From Conidiobolus incongruus B7586 (Eukaryota), in contig JNEM01006293.1 in assembly GCA_000697335.1 (NCBI GenBank), forward strand, positions 1 through 42,683: a stretch of 42,683 nucleotides of DNA. The letters run 5' to 3'. Every line of letters starts with the position of its first letter. Position 1 is the first letter of the stretch. Below are positions 1 through 10,829 of the stretch, in pieces. The notes beneath the pieces were generated by a model that made no database searches, was not told the DNA's origin, and saw only the letters and a program-made list of their open reading frames with translations. Both the position numbers and the translations under genes were made by a program.

Positions 1-639
1 TATAAGACTCATAACATCTCATTTGCAAAGAATGAACAGAAAGAAGAATGGTTCTTGAAGATCAATCCCAATGGTCGTATTCCTGCAATCGTCGATCACT
101 CCAATGGCGATTTCCCAGTTTTCGAATCTGGTGCTATTTTACTCTACCTTGTTCAGAACTATGACCCTGAACACAAGCTCTGGCCTAAAGATCCCAAGCA
201 CCAATCTGAAGTTGTGCAATGGCTTATGTTCCAAATGGGTGGAGTTGGACCTATGCAAGGTCAAGCTAATCACTTTAGTAACTATGCTCCCGTTAAGATT
301 CAATATGGAATTGACAGATATGTTAATGAAACCAAACGTCTCTTCAGTGTTTTGGAAACCAGACTTCAAGGTCGTCAATTCTTGGTAGCTGATCAATTAA
401 CAATTGCTGATATTGCCACTGTCCCTTGGGTTACTAGTGCTTACAGAATCAACATCGACCTTAACGAGTTCCCTAATGTCAACAGTTGGGTTGAAAGAGT
501 TGAAGCGATTCCAGAAGTTGACAAAGGATACAATGTTCCAACTCCCAATCGTAGTAAAGAACTCAAAAAAGATCCTGAAGCTTTAAAGAAGCAAATTGAG
601 GAAAGCGCTAAATGGATCCAAGAAAGTAACAAAATCTAA
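1..639 (+). CDS. Glutathione S-transferase, Ure2p/Nu (YfcG-like) class; 5' end truncated by window edge
   Basis: Frame is open from base 1 (YKTHNISFAKNEQKEEWFLKINPNGRIPAIVDH...FESGAILLYL...QWLMFQMGGVGPMQGQANHF...ADQLTIADIA) to TAA at 637-639. It has the GST N-domain IP/ESGAI motifs and the C-domain TIADI N-capping motif. Confidence 0.95.
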   Translation, partial: YKTHNISFAKNEQKEEWFLKINPNGRIPAIVDHSNGDFPVFESGAILLYLVQNYDPEHKLWPKDPKHQSEVVQWLMFQMGGVGPMQGQANHFSNYAPVKIQYGIDRYVNETKRLFSVLETRLQGRQFLVADQLTIADIATVPWVTSAYRINIDLNEFPNVNSWVERVEAIPEVDKGYNVPTPNRSKELKKDPEALKKQIEESAKWIQESNKI

Positions 640-1810
640 TTAATAATAAATATTTTTTTAATTTTGTTTTAATATCAATATTTTCATCATATTTAAATTT
701 ATAAAATAATCAATTAAAGTAATCTTAATTTTGAAATTATTTTATTAAATTTTAATTAATTCAAATACAACCTTGAAATTATTCTATTATGTTATCTCTG
801 TACATATTAAAAACATCACTTCAAAAAATTAATAATAAATAATAAAATATTAATCGCTAGCTTCTCATGCAATTAGGTATAAATTATCAAAGATAGTCTC
901 TCAGATATAAATTAGTATATTGCTTACATTTAAATAAACCATATTAATATTGATTCTTATAATTTTAATTTTATTCATACATGATATTGCTATGTTTAAT
1001 TTAGATAATTATTTTATTCAGTATGTATATATATATATATTAGAATTAATTCCAAGAATATTAAATATGTAAAGCTAATATACATATTAAATAATTACCC
1101 AGATGAAAAATATATTCAAATATTTAAAAAAAACCTAATATATATACTAAATAATTAAAACTAATATATTAATAATAAATTTTGAGTTATTTTTTGACAT
1201 TATTTGAAATTAATAGCTCTAATATTATTAAAATGTTAAATGTAATAACTTATGAATAATAAAATTATAAATATTATTATTTTTATTGATATTCATTACT
1301 ACTAAAGTATATAATAATAAAGTCCTTAATTTGCTTTAAAATCAATCAAATTAATTATATTTAATATTAATTATTCTTAGTAATTAAATAATATAATAAT
1401 AAAAATTTCAAATATTAAAAATATATTAATCATTATTATTTTTTATTCTTTAATTATGTATTTATTTAATATTCATTCCAAGATCTTGAATATTAAATCT
1501 ATATTTTACAGCTTCCTTTATATATAGAGAAAATTATAATTGATTTATATATTATTGGTGAGAAGCGATAATATTCATTAATTTAAATATATGAAAACAT
1601 AAAAATGTGGGAACAAAATATGTATATTTATATAATGTCTATAATTTATTACACCCAAAAGAATAAATAAAATACTATATTATTAGTAATTTGATTAAAA
1701 TTATATATATGTATAAATATATTAAACAGTTGTGTCAAATAAAAAGATAGAAGTTTGTCAGAAAATAAAAATACATCCACATTCAAAAAATGTTTCCACT
1801 TCATTTCTAA

Positions 1811-1882
1811 TCCGATATGGTCCAGTGGTTAGGATTTCTCGCTTTCACCGAGACGGCCAGGGTTCGATTCCCTGTATCGGAG
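1811..1882 (+). tRNA. tRNA-Glu (anticodon TTC)
   Basis: Acceptor stem TCCGATA/TATCGGA, anticodon stem TCTCG/CGAGA with loop CTTTCAC, T-loop GGTTCGATTCC, and a TTTTTT Pol III terminator directly after (1883-1888). Confidence 0.96.
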
Positions 1883-2906
1883 TTTTTTACATGACCTTTT
1901 TGTGTAATCTGTCTAAAATTTTTCATTGATATTTGTTTTAATAATATTAATTTATTTTTATATTTTATATTACTTCTATTTTAAAATTATTATTATTTCT
2001 ATAAATTTCAAATATTAATAACATATTTTAAATATAATAGTAATATTTGCATATAATATACTTTTGACATATTGTCTGGGATATAAAGTAAAATCAATCT
2101 ATTTTATCAGTTATTAATAATGTTAACTCTTTGGACAGCTTATAGTTTACAAATCTCTATATTGAAATTAACAGAATTAAAACTTTTTCCTTAATTGAAA
2201 ACTTTATATTAACATTTTAATTCATACAGTTTTATAAGGTTAATAATTCTGATATTTCAGGTTTTAATTGATAATATGTGTTGAAAAGAAAGACTTGGGA
2301 TCATTTTGTATAACACTTTCACTTAAAATACTTTTTCTAATATATTTAATCCTGTATTTGATATCTAATAATTAATACCATATTAAATGGATTTCCTAAT
2401 ATGACAAGTATAGTGATGATTTGAGAATTAATATTTATCCATTTGAATTAATAACAAAAATAAATACATTTATTTTCTATAATAATAAAAACAATATTAA
2501 AATGCTATAATATTTATTAATATTTTAGAAATAAACATTAATTTTTAATAAAACAAAATTTTAATTATTTAAATTCATTATATTTATTAAAATATAAAAT
2601 ATTTATTATTAAATATTTCATAAAAGTATCACATACTTGATCATTATAAATATCCAAATTTGGGAAATAAATTTTAATAACAAGTTATTCAATTAAATTA
2701 ATAGATCGATGTAAATTAATATTGTAACATTTATTTGATTAAGCAAATCTTTAAAATATCAATCACCCACAAACAATAAGAATTAAGCATTTCTTATTAA
2801 ATAATGCATATAATGCTATATACTTAATACAACATTTAAGCATATACAATATCACTTTTACCTTTAAACTATCATTAAATTTTCTATTCAATGAATAGAA
2901 TTAAAA

Positions 2907-3636
2907 GTGTCATTACCCAAGATTGCATTTTATACTGACCAGAGTAAGTACTAAAGGTCACAAAGTGTCAATTGCTTTAGAAATTTTAAGTATTCCATAT
3001 AAGAATGTTGCTCTATCATTCGCCAAAAATGAACAGAAGGAGCCCTGGTCCTTGAAGATCAATCCCAATGGCCGTATTCCCGCTATTGTCGATCACTCTA
3101 ATGGTGATTTTCCTGTGTTTGAATCTGGTGCTATTTTACTTTACCTGGTTCAAAACTACGACCCAGAGCACAAGCTATGGCCCAAGGATGCTAAACAACA
3201 GTCGGAAGTTGTCCAATGGTTGATGTTCCAGATGGGAGGTATTGGTCCCATGCAAGGTCAAACTGCTCACTTCGCTATATTCGCTCCAGAGAAGATCGAG
3301 TACGGTATTAAAAGATATATCAACGAGACCAAGCATTTGTTCTCCGGGCTTGAGGGATGTTTAGAAGGTCGTGATTATCTCGTAGCTGATCAATTGACAA
3401 TCGCTGATTTAGTCTCATTTCCTTGAGTTGGTCAAGTTTTCAGATTGGCTATTGATCTTGAACAATATCCCAATTTGAATAAATAGATCCAACGACTTAA
3501 TCAAATCTCTGTATCTATTAAAGGATTGGATGTCCTTTCCGAGAATTCTGGCCGTATTATTAGACAGAATCCCGAGAAAGTAAAGCATTTGGAGCAAGCT
3601 AAAGAGAATATTTTGGACAATTTAAACAATAATTAA
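2907..3636 (+). pseudogene. GST pseudogene A (Ure2p/Nu class)
   Basis: Reconstructs as (V)SLPKIAFYTDQSTKGHKVSIALE...NNN*. Lesions: GTG where ATG is expected (2907), a 4-bp duplication AGTAAGTA (2943-2950) causing a frameshift, and stops at two conserved Trp codons (TGA 3424-3426, TAG 3484-3486). GST homology continues past the stops to TAA 3634-3636. Confidence 0.88.
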
Positions 3637-3758
3637 TTATTATTTAATATTTTTATTATTGTTATTGATTCAATATTTATTTAATTAACTTTATTTTTTT
3701 TATGAACAATAGAAAAATTTAAATTTTTAAAAATAATTTATAATTTACTTTAGAATAA

Positions 3759-4262
3759 TTACTGTCTAAAAGCCAAAATGAAACGGGTATCAGGTATGTC
3801 CAATCATCAATCAGTTTCCTTATTTTACTTAAGCGTTCATCCCAAGTCTTTAGATTTGGAAAATGGTTTAAATCAATCTTAAAACTATGAGAATAATAAG
3901 CTCATGAAAAAGTAGCTAAATCAGCAACAATTAATTGATCAGCTGATGAATATTATAAATCCTTAAGATGTGCCTCAAAATCCAAAAAGAGAAATTATCT
4001 TGTTAAGATACTTGTTAATCAAGAAATATGCACGATTCTCCTCCGAAAAGAGCTGTATCCATTGGTAAACTTGGCCTGAAATTAGTTCAATACTAGACAT
4101 TTTGAACATAAGCTACTGAATAATTCAGTACTATTATGTATTACTCGCCCTTTGAGATGCCAAGATTTTTCACCTTGTAGGGGATTCCCAAGTATTCGAG
4201 AACTACTAAAATTTTGAGATCGTTGGACGTTCCGAATACAGAGTTATTTTAGGAGTTGATAA
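3759..4262 (-). pseudogene. GST pseudogene B, internally deleted
   Basis: The minus strand gives STPKITLY / GTSNDLKILVVLEYLGIPYKVKNLGISKGE* and then jumps to IQ*LMFKM...GQVYQW...ADQLIVADLATFS*...IDLNHFPNLKTWDERLSKI...LDIPD. It is most like the GST at 5370-6029. The start is lost, there are several stops and frameshifts, and the KISPRGRIP-to-HKLWP segment is missing. Confidence 0.85.
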
Positions 4263-5369
4263 TTTAAAATAAAGTTTTAGTTTATGATTTATTAGCTGGT
4301 GATATTTACATGGGTTTTGATGATGTAGCCTATAATTAATTTTAATGAGTTGGGAGTGAGAAACTTGATCAACTAAATAATAAATTATTAGATCTTTCTA
4401 ATACACAAAGAGCAATTCCTAAATTTAGTAAATTAATAAATTTTGAACCTGAAAATTTGAAAAGAATTTTAGAATGTCCTGGTTATTGTATTATAAAAAG
4501 AAATTTGAAATAATAGATTAAATCAACAATATCATAAAGTTTGGAATTATATTATAAACAAATTATTTCTTTTTTAATTATTAATGAATTTCAACCCAAT
4601 AATTAGAATATTCCAAATACAAGATATGCTTAAAATGCAAATTTTCAAATATTTTAATGAAAATTTCAATCAATTTTCCAAAATTTGAAAACAATCATAT
4701 TTAAGAAAAATTTCTTTGATATTATTTTTATTCATTTTTAGATATTATCCAATAAATAAAACATTACATAAAAATTATTATGAAATTAGAAATGAAATAT
4801 TCTAACTGGATTAATTAAATTGATATTATTTTTTTATAATATTAATAGTGGTTGATTTCATGATTGATGTGACAGGGATTAGACTTCCCCATTAGAAGAA
4901 ATCCTATAAAAGGGTACAGAATATTAGTCAAAAGAGCCAAAAAAGTTAATAAAATATAAAAGAAAGAGTAAAGTTAAAGTTAAGTTAGTAGAGGAGAGTG
5001 TTTATTTAAGAAAATCAGATGGTTTAAATATTTCAAACTCACCAAGTTGTGGCTTATAAAGTGAATTTTCTAGAATATCACTAATTCTTGAGACAAGGGG
5101 TTAAAATATAACTTTCAGATGCTATATATGAGTATTTTGGATTTAAAATATTGAACTTGGTAATGTTAATACTAAAATATATTATTAATATTAATTCAAT
5201 ATATATTGAAAATTATAACTAAGAGTTATTCAATGATTAATTCTATAAAAGTATTAAAAATCGGAGTTATCCTGTTATAAATTGGATATAATCAAGTTGT
5301 TTTATTTTAAATGTTTTAGATATTTGGTAAAAATAGATCTTTATTGATATGAATTATAAGTATTATAAC

Positions 5370-6029
5370 TCATTGTTTTTGAGCTCTCAACATATTAACT
5401 TCAGGAATATCCAACCCTTTGTCAATTTCAGGAATCTTACTCAAACGATCATGCCATGCCTTGAGGTTAGGATACTCTCCCAAATCAATCTGATACACAG
5501 GTGCTACAAACACCCAAGGATATGTGGAAATATCCGCAATGGTAAGTTGATCAGCTGCCAAATATTCGCGATCCTTGAGTCGGACATCCATAACTTTATA
5601 AAGATCTTTGGTTTCTTTCATATATTTTTCCAAGGCGAAGTTATTCTTATCGGCGTAGTAATATTTCCATTCGAAAGCTTGACCTTGAATGGGACCGACA
5701 CCTGAATTTTGGAACATTAGCCATTGGATAACTTCCGATTGTTTCAAAGTGTCACTTGGCCATAGCTTGTGATTGGGATCGTAATGTTGGGCTAAATATA
5801 GGAGAATCGCCCCAGATTCGAATACAACGAAATCGTTGCGCGAATGGTCAATGATTGCGGGAATTCTTCCTCTTGGACTTATTTTCACGAATTCGTCACT
5901 TTTCTGCTCTTCCTTGGAGAAATCTACCTTTTTGACATTATAAGGAATACCCAAGTATTCTAACGCACAAGAAATTTTGTAACCATTGGGAGTTTCGTAA
6001 GTATAGAGAGTAATGTTAGGAGTTGACAT
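5370..6029 (-). CDS. Glutathione S-transferase, Ure2p/Nu (YfcG-like) class
   Basis: Intact, intronless 219-aa ORF with N-terminal TPNG motif, RIPAI, FESGAILLYL and ADQLTIADI. TATA-like TATAAATA on the minus strand at 6085-6092. Confidence 0.95.
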   Translation of the reverse strand: MSTPNITLYTYETPNGYKISCALEYLGIPYNVKKVDFSKEEQKSDEFVKISPRGRIPAIIDHSRNDFVVFESGAILLYLAQHYDPNHKLWPSDTLKQSEVIQWLMFQNSGVGPIQGQAFEWKYYYADKNNFALEKYMKETKDLYKVMDVRLKDREYLAADQLTIADISTYPWVFVAPVYQIDLGEYPNLKAWHDRLSKIPEIDKGLDIPEVNMLRAQKQ

Positions 6030-6568
6030 CGTTGCTAGAATTGATTTTTGAATTTTTATAATGCAAAAAGGGACTTTTGTCCTCTATTTATATCAAAAAG
6101 AAAATGTAATTTACTCATGATAAATTAGGATTTATTAAAGTTCAATCTAATCAAGTTAAGTTTAAGATTTTCAAGTTGAGTTAGAGTATCCAAATTTAGA
6201 AATTAAATAATTTCTTAACATAAATAAAATATTCGCATGCAATCCATTAACATTATTATAACACCAGGATAAATTATATTTAATCCCAATACCTTTAAAA
6301 GATTTAGTCAACTTTAAAAGTTAGGATGAATTAATTACTTGACATATTCTAGAATCTTTAATAAAATGAAAATTGAGTCAATGTCTATTAAAATTGGTTT
6401 GAAAAATACAATAATGTGAAAAAACTGAATAGTTAGAATTACTTAACAATAAAATAAGATATGAATAAATTTATTTTCAACATGATATATTAAAATTAAA
6501 TCACCAAATATTAAATCCAAAAGCTACACTAAATCACTAATAATCATCAATTTTTATTTTGATATCAT

Positions 6569-7297
6569 TTACTCTTGCTTATTAGCAGCCTGGATCCATT
6601 TCGCACTCTCCTCAAGTCTCTTCTTCAGAGCTTCAGGGTCGCTCTTATAGATTTTGTGCTTATTGGGCTCCGGGACATCTAAACCTTTGGCAACTTCGGG
6701 AATGGCTTCGATACGCTCCACCCAAGCTTTCACGTTGGGGAATTCGTTGAGATCGATTTCGAGGGCGTAAGATCCCCACACCCATGTAAAATTGGCGATA
6801 TCTGCAATGGTTAATTGGTCGGCAACGAGGTATTGACGACCTTGGAGACGTCCCTCCAACACGGAGTATAAGCGCTTAGTCTCGTTCAAGTATCGGTTGA
6901 TGGCATACTCGATCTTGACGGGAGCGTAGTTCTTAAAGTGGTTGGCTTGACCTTGCATGGGACCAATACCTCCCATCTGGAACATCAACCATTGGACAAC
7001 TTCCGACTGTTGTTTAGCATCCTTGGGCCATAGCTTGTGCTCTGGGTCGTAGTTTTGAACCAAGTAAAGTAAAATAGCACCAGATTCAAACACAGGAAAA
7101 TCACCATTAGAGTGGTCGACAATAGCGGGAATACGGCCATTGGGATTGATCTTCAAGAACCAGGGCTCCTTCTGTTCATTTTTGGCGAATGATAGAGCAA
7201 CAGTCTTATATGGAAGTCCCAATAATTCCAAAGCGATAGAAGCTTTCCAACCGTTGTCTGTGCCTACTGTATATAAAGTAATATCGGGTTGAACCAT
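6569..7297 (-). CDS. Glutathione S-transferase, Ure2p/Nu (YfcG-like) class
   Basis: Intact, intronless 242-aa ORF: TDNGWK, KINPNGRIPAIVDH, FESGAILLYL, GPMQGQANHF, ADQLTIADI. Confidence 0.96.
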   Translation of the reverse strand: MVQPDITLYTVGTDNGWKASIALELLGLPYKTVALSFAKNEQKEPWFLKINPNGRIPAIVDHSNGDFPVFESGAILLYLVQNYDPEHKLWPKDAKQQSEVVQWLMFQMGGIGPMQGQANHFKNYAPVKIEYAINRYLNETKRLYSVLEGRLQGRQYLVADQLTIADIANFTWVWGSYALEIDLNEFPNVKAWVERIEAIPEVAKGLDVPEPNKHKIYKSDPEALKKRLEESAKWIQAANKQE

Positions 7298-8936
7298 TTT
7301 TTAACATATAATTTTAATTCTTAAATAGTTTTTTATTTGGTAATTAATGAATATTTATACTAGATATTTGAATTTTATGATAATTCATCATTTATATTGG
7401 ATCATATACTCTATATAAAAACAATATTAAGTGATTTAAAAATATAATAGACAAGATCATATGGTAATGATTTTTTATATTGAATGGATACTTTAAAGCC
7501 TAAAAACGTTGTAAGTATCCAACAGAATGATATCATTTTAATCATATGGGACTGTATTAATTAATAAAAATACATTGAGAAATTTGTCATTTGTTATACA
7601 ATTTGATTAATAATTATCAAGCGTTGTATGGATTCTTATAAGATATGACCATAATTAATCTAGGGAATGATTGTTTAATGTTTACAATATAAAGATATTT
7701 TATAAAGCATTTTTTAATAGTTTGAAACAAATTAAAATGATCTAATAACCTTTTTTCAGTCAATTCTATATCATATTTAATCAACTTTTAGGATTAAATA
7801 GCTATAAAATTGAGTAGTAATTATTATTTTCATTGAAGTTGCTATTAATTCAAATATTGAAAAGATATATATAACAAAATAAACTATTAAAATATTTCAA
7901 ATTTGTTATAGTAATATGTATTATTATTTCAACATATTCAACATAATTTAAAATATCTTATGTATTTAATTTATAAGGTCAAGATTTTGCAATTAATTTC
8001 TATTTTCATGTCAATATATTCTCTTGATTTCAAGTAATATTAAATAGTATATAGTTGCTCAACTACAAAATTCAATAAATTATTGATTTGTTGCCAAAAA
8101 TTCTTTTTTACACTTTTCAATGCATTTTTAGATATTTCGAGATCTTTTCCATATAATTTGTTTAATTGAGTTTGAAAATATGTAAGCTTCAACTGACCTT
8201 GATGTGGGACTTGATATTCTTAGGACATGTTTTTAGATAAGAGTAATAGTTCAAAACAATGATTATACCAAATTAGTTATATACTCAAAAAATATTGCAA
8301 TATCCTTTATATTAAGTTTATGAGAGAGAAAATGTTGTTAACCTTTAAGTTTTTTAAAAAAATATGAAAATGCTTCATTTCGTCAATATATCAATGAATA
8401 GAGCATGAAACCTTCTGGGAAGAAAAGTTTTTCAAGTTGTTTACTTGACTTTGGATAGGTTCATCGTCGCCCATTTGGAATACGAGTCACTGGACGAGTT
8501 CGTAATTTTGATTCAAATTCTTTTACCAAAACCTGTACTCGTCGTTTTACTTTTGAGTCGAGCATATCATAATTATTTCAGATTCTAACCTTGCCGAATC
8601 TCAATTGAAATGATAGATAGTGTCATGATTTCAATTATAATTTATTTTTAATAATCAGGACTCCTATTCGGGTTAAGAAATTTAATTAGGATAAATTTTG
8701 TAGTTTAGATCAAAATCTCTAAAAATTCGTAATTTTTAAGGTTTGATGGTCTTATAACATTAGTTGTAATATTAGTTTCGCTCAAATTGAATTATTATTC
8801 AAATAAACATATTAAATATTCAATGTATTTATTCTCTTTTAATTTACATAATTGGTGTTGATATCACCAAATCAGTGATGAAAACAATTTTAAAATCTAG
8901 TGATTTCAATACATGGTCGCTGAGTATATCAAGTGA

Positions 8937-9639
8937 TTATTTATTCTTAATATGATTAAACAATCCTCGAATCGCTTTTGGATCATAACTCAATTTCAAT
9001 ACTGGACTAGATTCAGGGATGTTTACTCCTTTTAAAGCTTGGGGATTCCCAATTCTTTGGATCCAATCCTGGATGTTGTGATATACTTGTGTATTGATAT
9101 CTAACAAGAATCCCCAATTGATCCAGCTGTAGTTGGTAGTATTTGGAATAGTTAATTAGTCCCTCACCAAACAGTCTCGACTTTCGAGCTGACATCTGAG
9201 ACGGAGCAGAATCGCTCGGTCTTGTTGGTGCAGCAATCAATTACATATTGAGTATTTTTGGGTGCTGATCTCAAGAAATGGTTGACTTGACCTTACATGG
9301 GTCCAGTACCTCCCATTTGAAACATGGGACATTGTACCACTTGTGATTGGAGTTCAATATTCTTAGGGCAGAGTTTATGCTGAATATCATAGCTATCTAC
9401 AAGGTATAACATAATGGCACCCGATTCAAATATTGCAAAATCATCGTTGGGATGATCTACAATTGCTGGGATCCTAACGTTTGGATTGATCCTTAGGACT
9501 TGTCTTCCTTATGTTTGTTTTTTGATAAAAAAATGGGATGTATTTTGTAAGGAATTTCTAGTAATTCTCAAGCGAGAGATGCTTTGTGACCATTTAGAGT
9601 GCCTACATTATACAGGGTAATATCAGGTTTTGTTGTTAT
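8937..9639 (-). pseudogene. GST pseudogene C, full length
   Basis: Minus strand: (ATA)TTKPDITLYNVGTLNGHKASLA*ELLEIPYK... frameshift ...INPNVRIPAIVDHPNDDFAIFESGAIMLYLV...MFQMGGTGPM*GQVNHF... frameshift ...RDCLVRD*LTIP...DWIQRIG...GVNIPES...KNK*. The start ATG appears as ATA, with multiple stops and frameshifts. Confidence 0.9.
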
Positions 9640-10138
9640 AAATAAGTTCTTGGATGTAGAATGAAAGCTCTGGCTTAATAAATTGATACTTTTTAAGAAT
9701 TTAGGAATTACTGCGAAATTAAATATATATGATATCATTTATTTTAATTTTTAAGTTTATTAGTAATTTTTCAATATTTTTTTTTTTCATTTTAAAAAAA
9801 TAAAATGTGAGTGTAAATCGATCAACAAGATCCTTATTTATAACCAATGTGATTGCCTAAAATGGGAAGTTCCTTATATTTTATGGAAATACTATTCGTA
9901 ATAAATTGTTTGTTTATTTTGCCAGAACTGAAATGATACTATTAGTTAGTATCTTTAGCATTGGGTATATCTCCTCAAGCTTTAAGGATTAACTATTAGC
10001 TCATTTAACCTTGTTGATATATTATTTTTATTCCTATTAATTTACTTCTAATTAATCTTTTTAAATATCTTGCAAATTTCTTGATAATTTCAAAATTTAA
10101 TGTGACCTTTTTCAATCCTCTAGGCCTAAATACCTTCT

Positions 10139-10150
10139 TATGACGTCATA
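10139..10150. promoter_or_regulatory. Perfect CRE/ATF-type bZIP palindrome TATGACGTCATA upstream of sulfiredoxin
   Basis: 12-bp palindrome about 100 bp upstream of the SRX1 ATG, followed by TATAAAA at ~10180. Confidence 0.55.
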
Positions 10151-10246
10151 TAATTAATAATTCAAACAACAGCATTAAGTATAAAAAGAAAATAAACGAA
10201 TTCAATAAAAAAATATTAATTAACATATAAAAAGAAAAAAAATAAG

Positions 10247-10624
10247 ATGCCTGATGTTCACAAACCTCAAGACGAAACTATTTACAATATCCCACTATCT
10301 ATAGTTAACAGACCTATTCCAAGTGTTTTGGACGAAGCTAAAGTGAATCAGTTCGTAGAAGATTTAAAAGTAATTTCCAACCCTATAAAACACTAATTTC
10401 ATATTAACATAATTCTTATCTAGAAAAATGACGAGTTTCCACCTATCGACGTCCTAGAAGTTCAACACAAGGGCCAAAGTTACTATTTTGCATTCGGAGG
10501 TTGCCACAGGTGGGCAGCTCATAAGAAGTTGAATAAAGAAACGATACGTGCTAGGATTAGAACTATAGACCCTAAGTTTTTAAATACGTATTTGGGAGGA
10601 TCTAATCCATTTATGAAAATGTAA
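10247..10624 (+). CDS. SRX1: Sulfiredoxin (2 exons: 10247-10369, 10424-10624; 107 aa)
   Basis: Spliced product MPDVHKPQDETIYNIPLSIVNRPIPSVLDEAKVNQFVEDLK|KNDEFPPIDVLEVQHKGQSYYFAFGGCHRWAAHKKL... carries the diagnostic FGGCHR active site plus RPIPSVLD and PPIDV. The 54-nt intron is GT..AG. Missed by the ORF track. Confidence 0.95.
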
Positions 10625-10734
10625 TCTATAACTATTATTAAAATGTATAAAATGCTTAAAAAAATCAAGTTTGGGTTTATTATGAATAAATATATTTTGA
10701 AAAATCCAAGACTAAGAAAAATATCAAATTCAAT

Positions 10735-10829
10735 CGCTCCCAACGGGGTTCGAACCCGTGACCTTCGCGTGTCCAAGTATAAGTTGTTCACTTATAAGCA
10801 CGACGCATTAACCACTTTGCTATAGGAGC
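10735..10829 (-). tRNA. tRNA-Ile (anticodon TAT) with a 22-nt canonical intron
   Basis: GCTCCTA/TGGGAGC acceptor stem, anticodon stem TCGTG/CGCGA, loop CTTATA^A with the intron after position 37, T-arm ACGGG-TTCGAAC-CCCGT, and a T-run downstream. Confidence 0.9.

Noticed and set aside
1732..1929. Short ORFs overlapping tRNA loci (also 10643-10825 and 10519-10791)
   Set aside because: They are incidental frames across tRNA genes and AT-rich DNA, with no protein-like features.
3424..3486. In-frame TGA and TAG at Trp positions as selenocysteine, stop-codon reassignment, readthrough or A-to-I 'stop-repair' editing
   Set aside because: The TGA is at a Trp, not a Cys, position. The same copy also has a 4-bp frameshift and a GTG start that editing could not fix. 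Intact genes in the window use TGG for Trp, and DOA10 ends in TGA. Ordinary pseudogenisation is more parsimonious.
9013..9240. 75-aa ORF in the ORF track
   Set aside because: It is an off-frame reading of GST pseudogene C.
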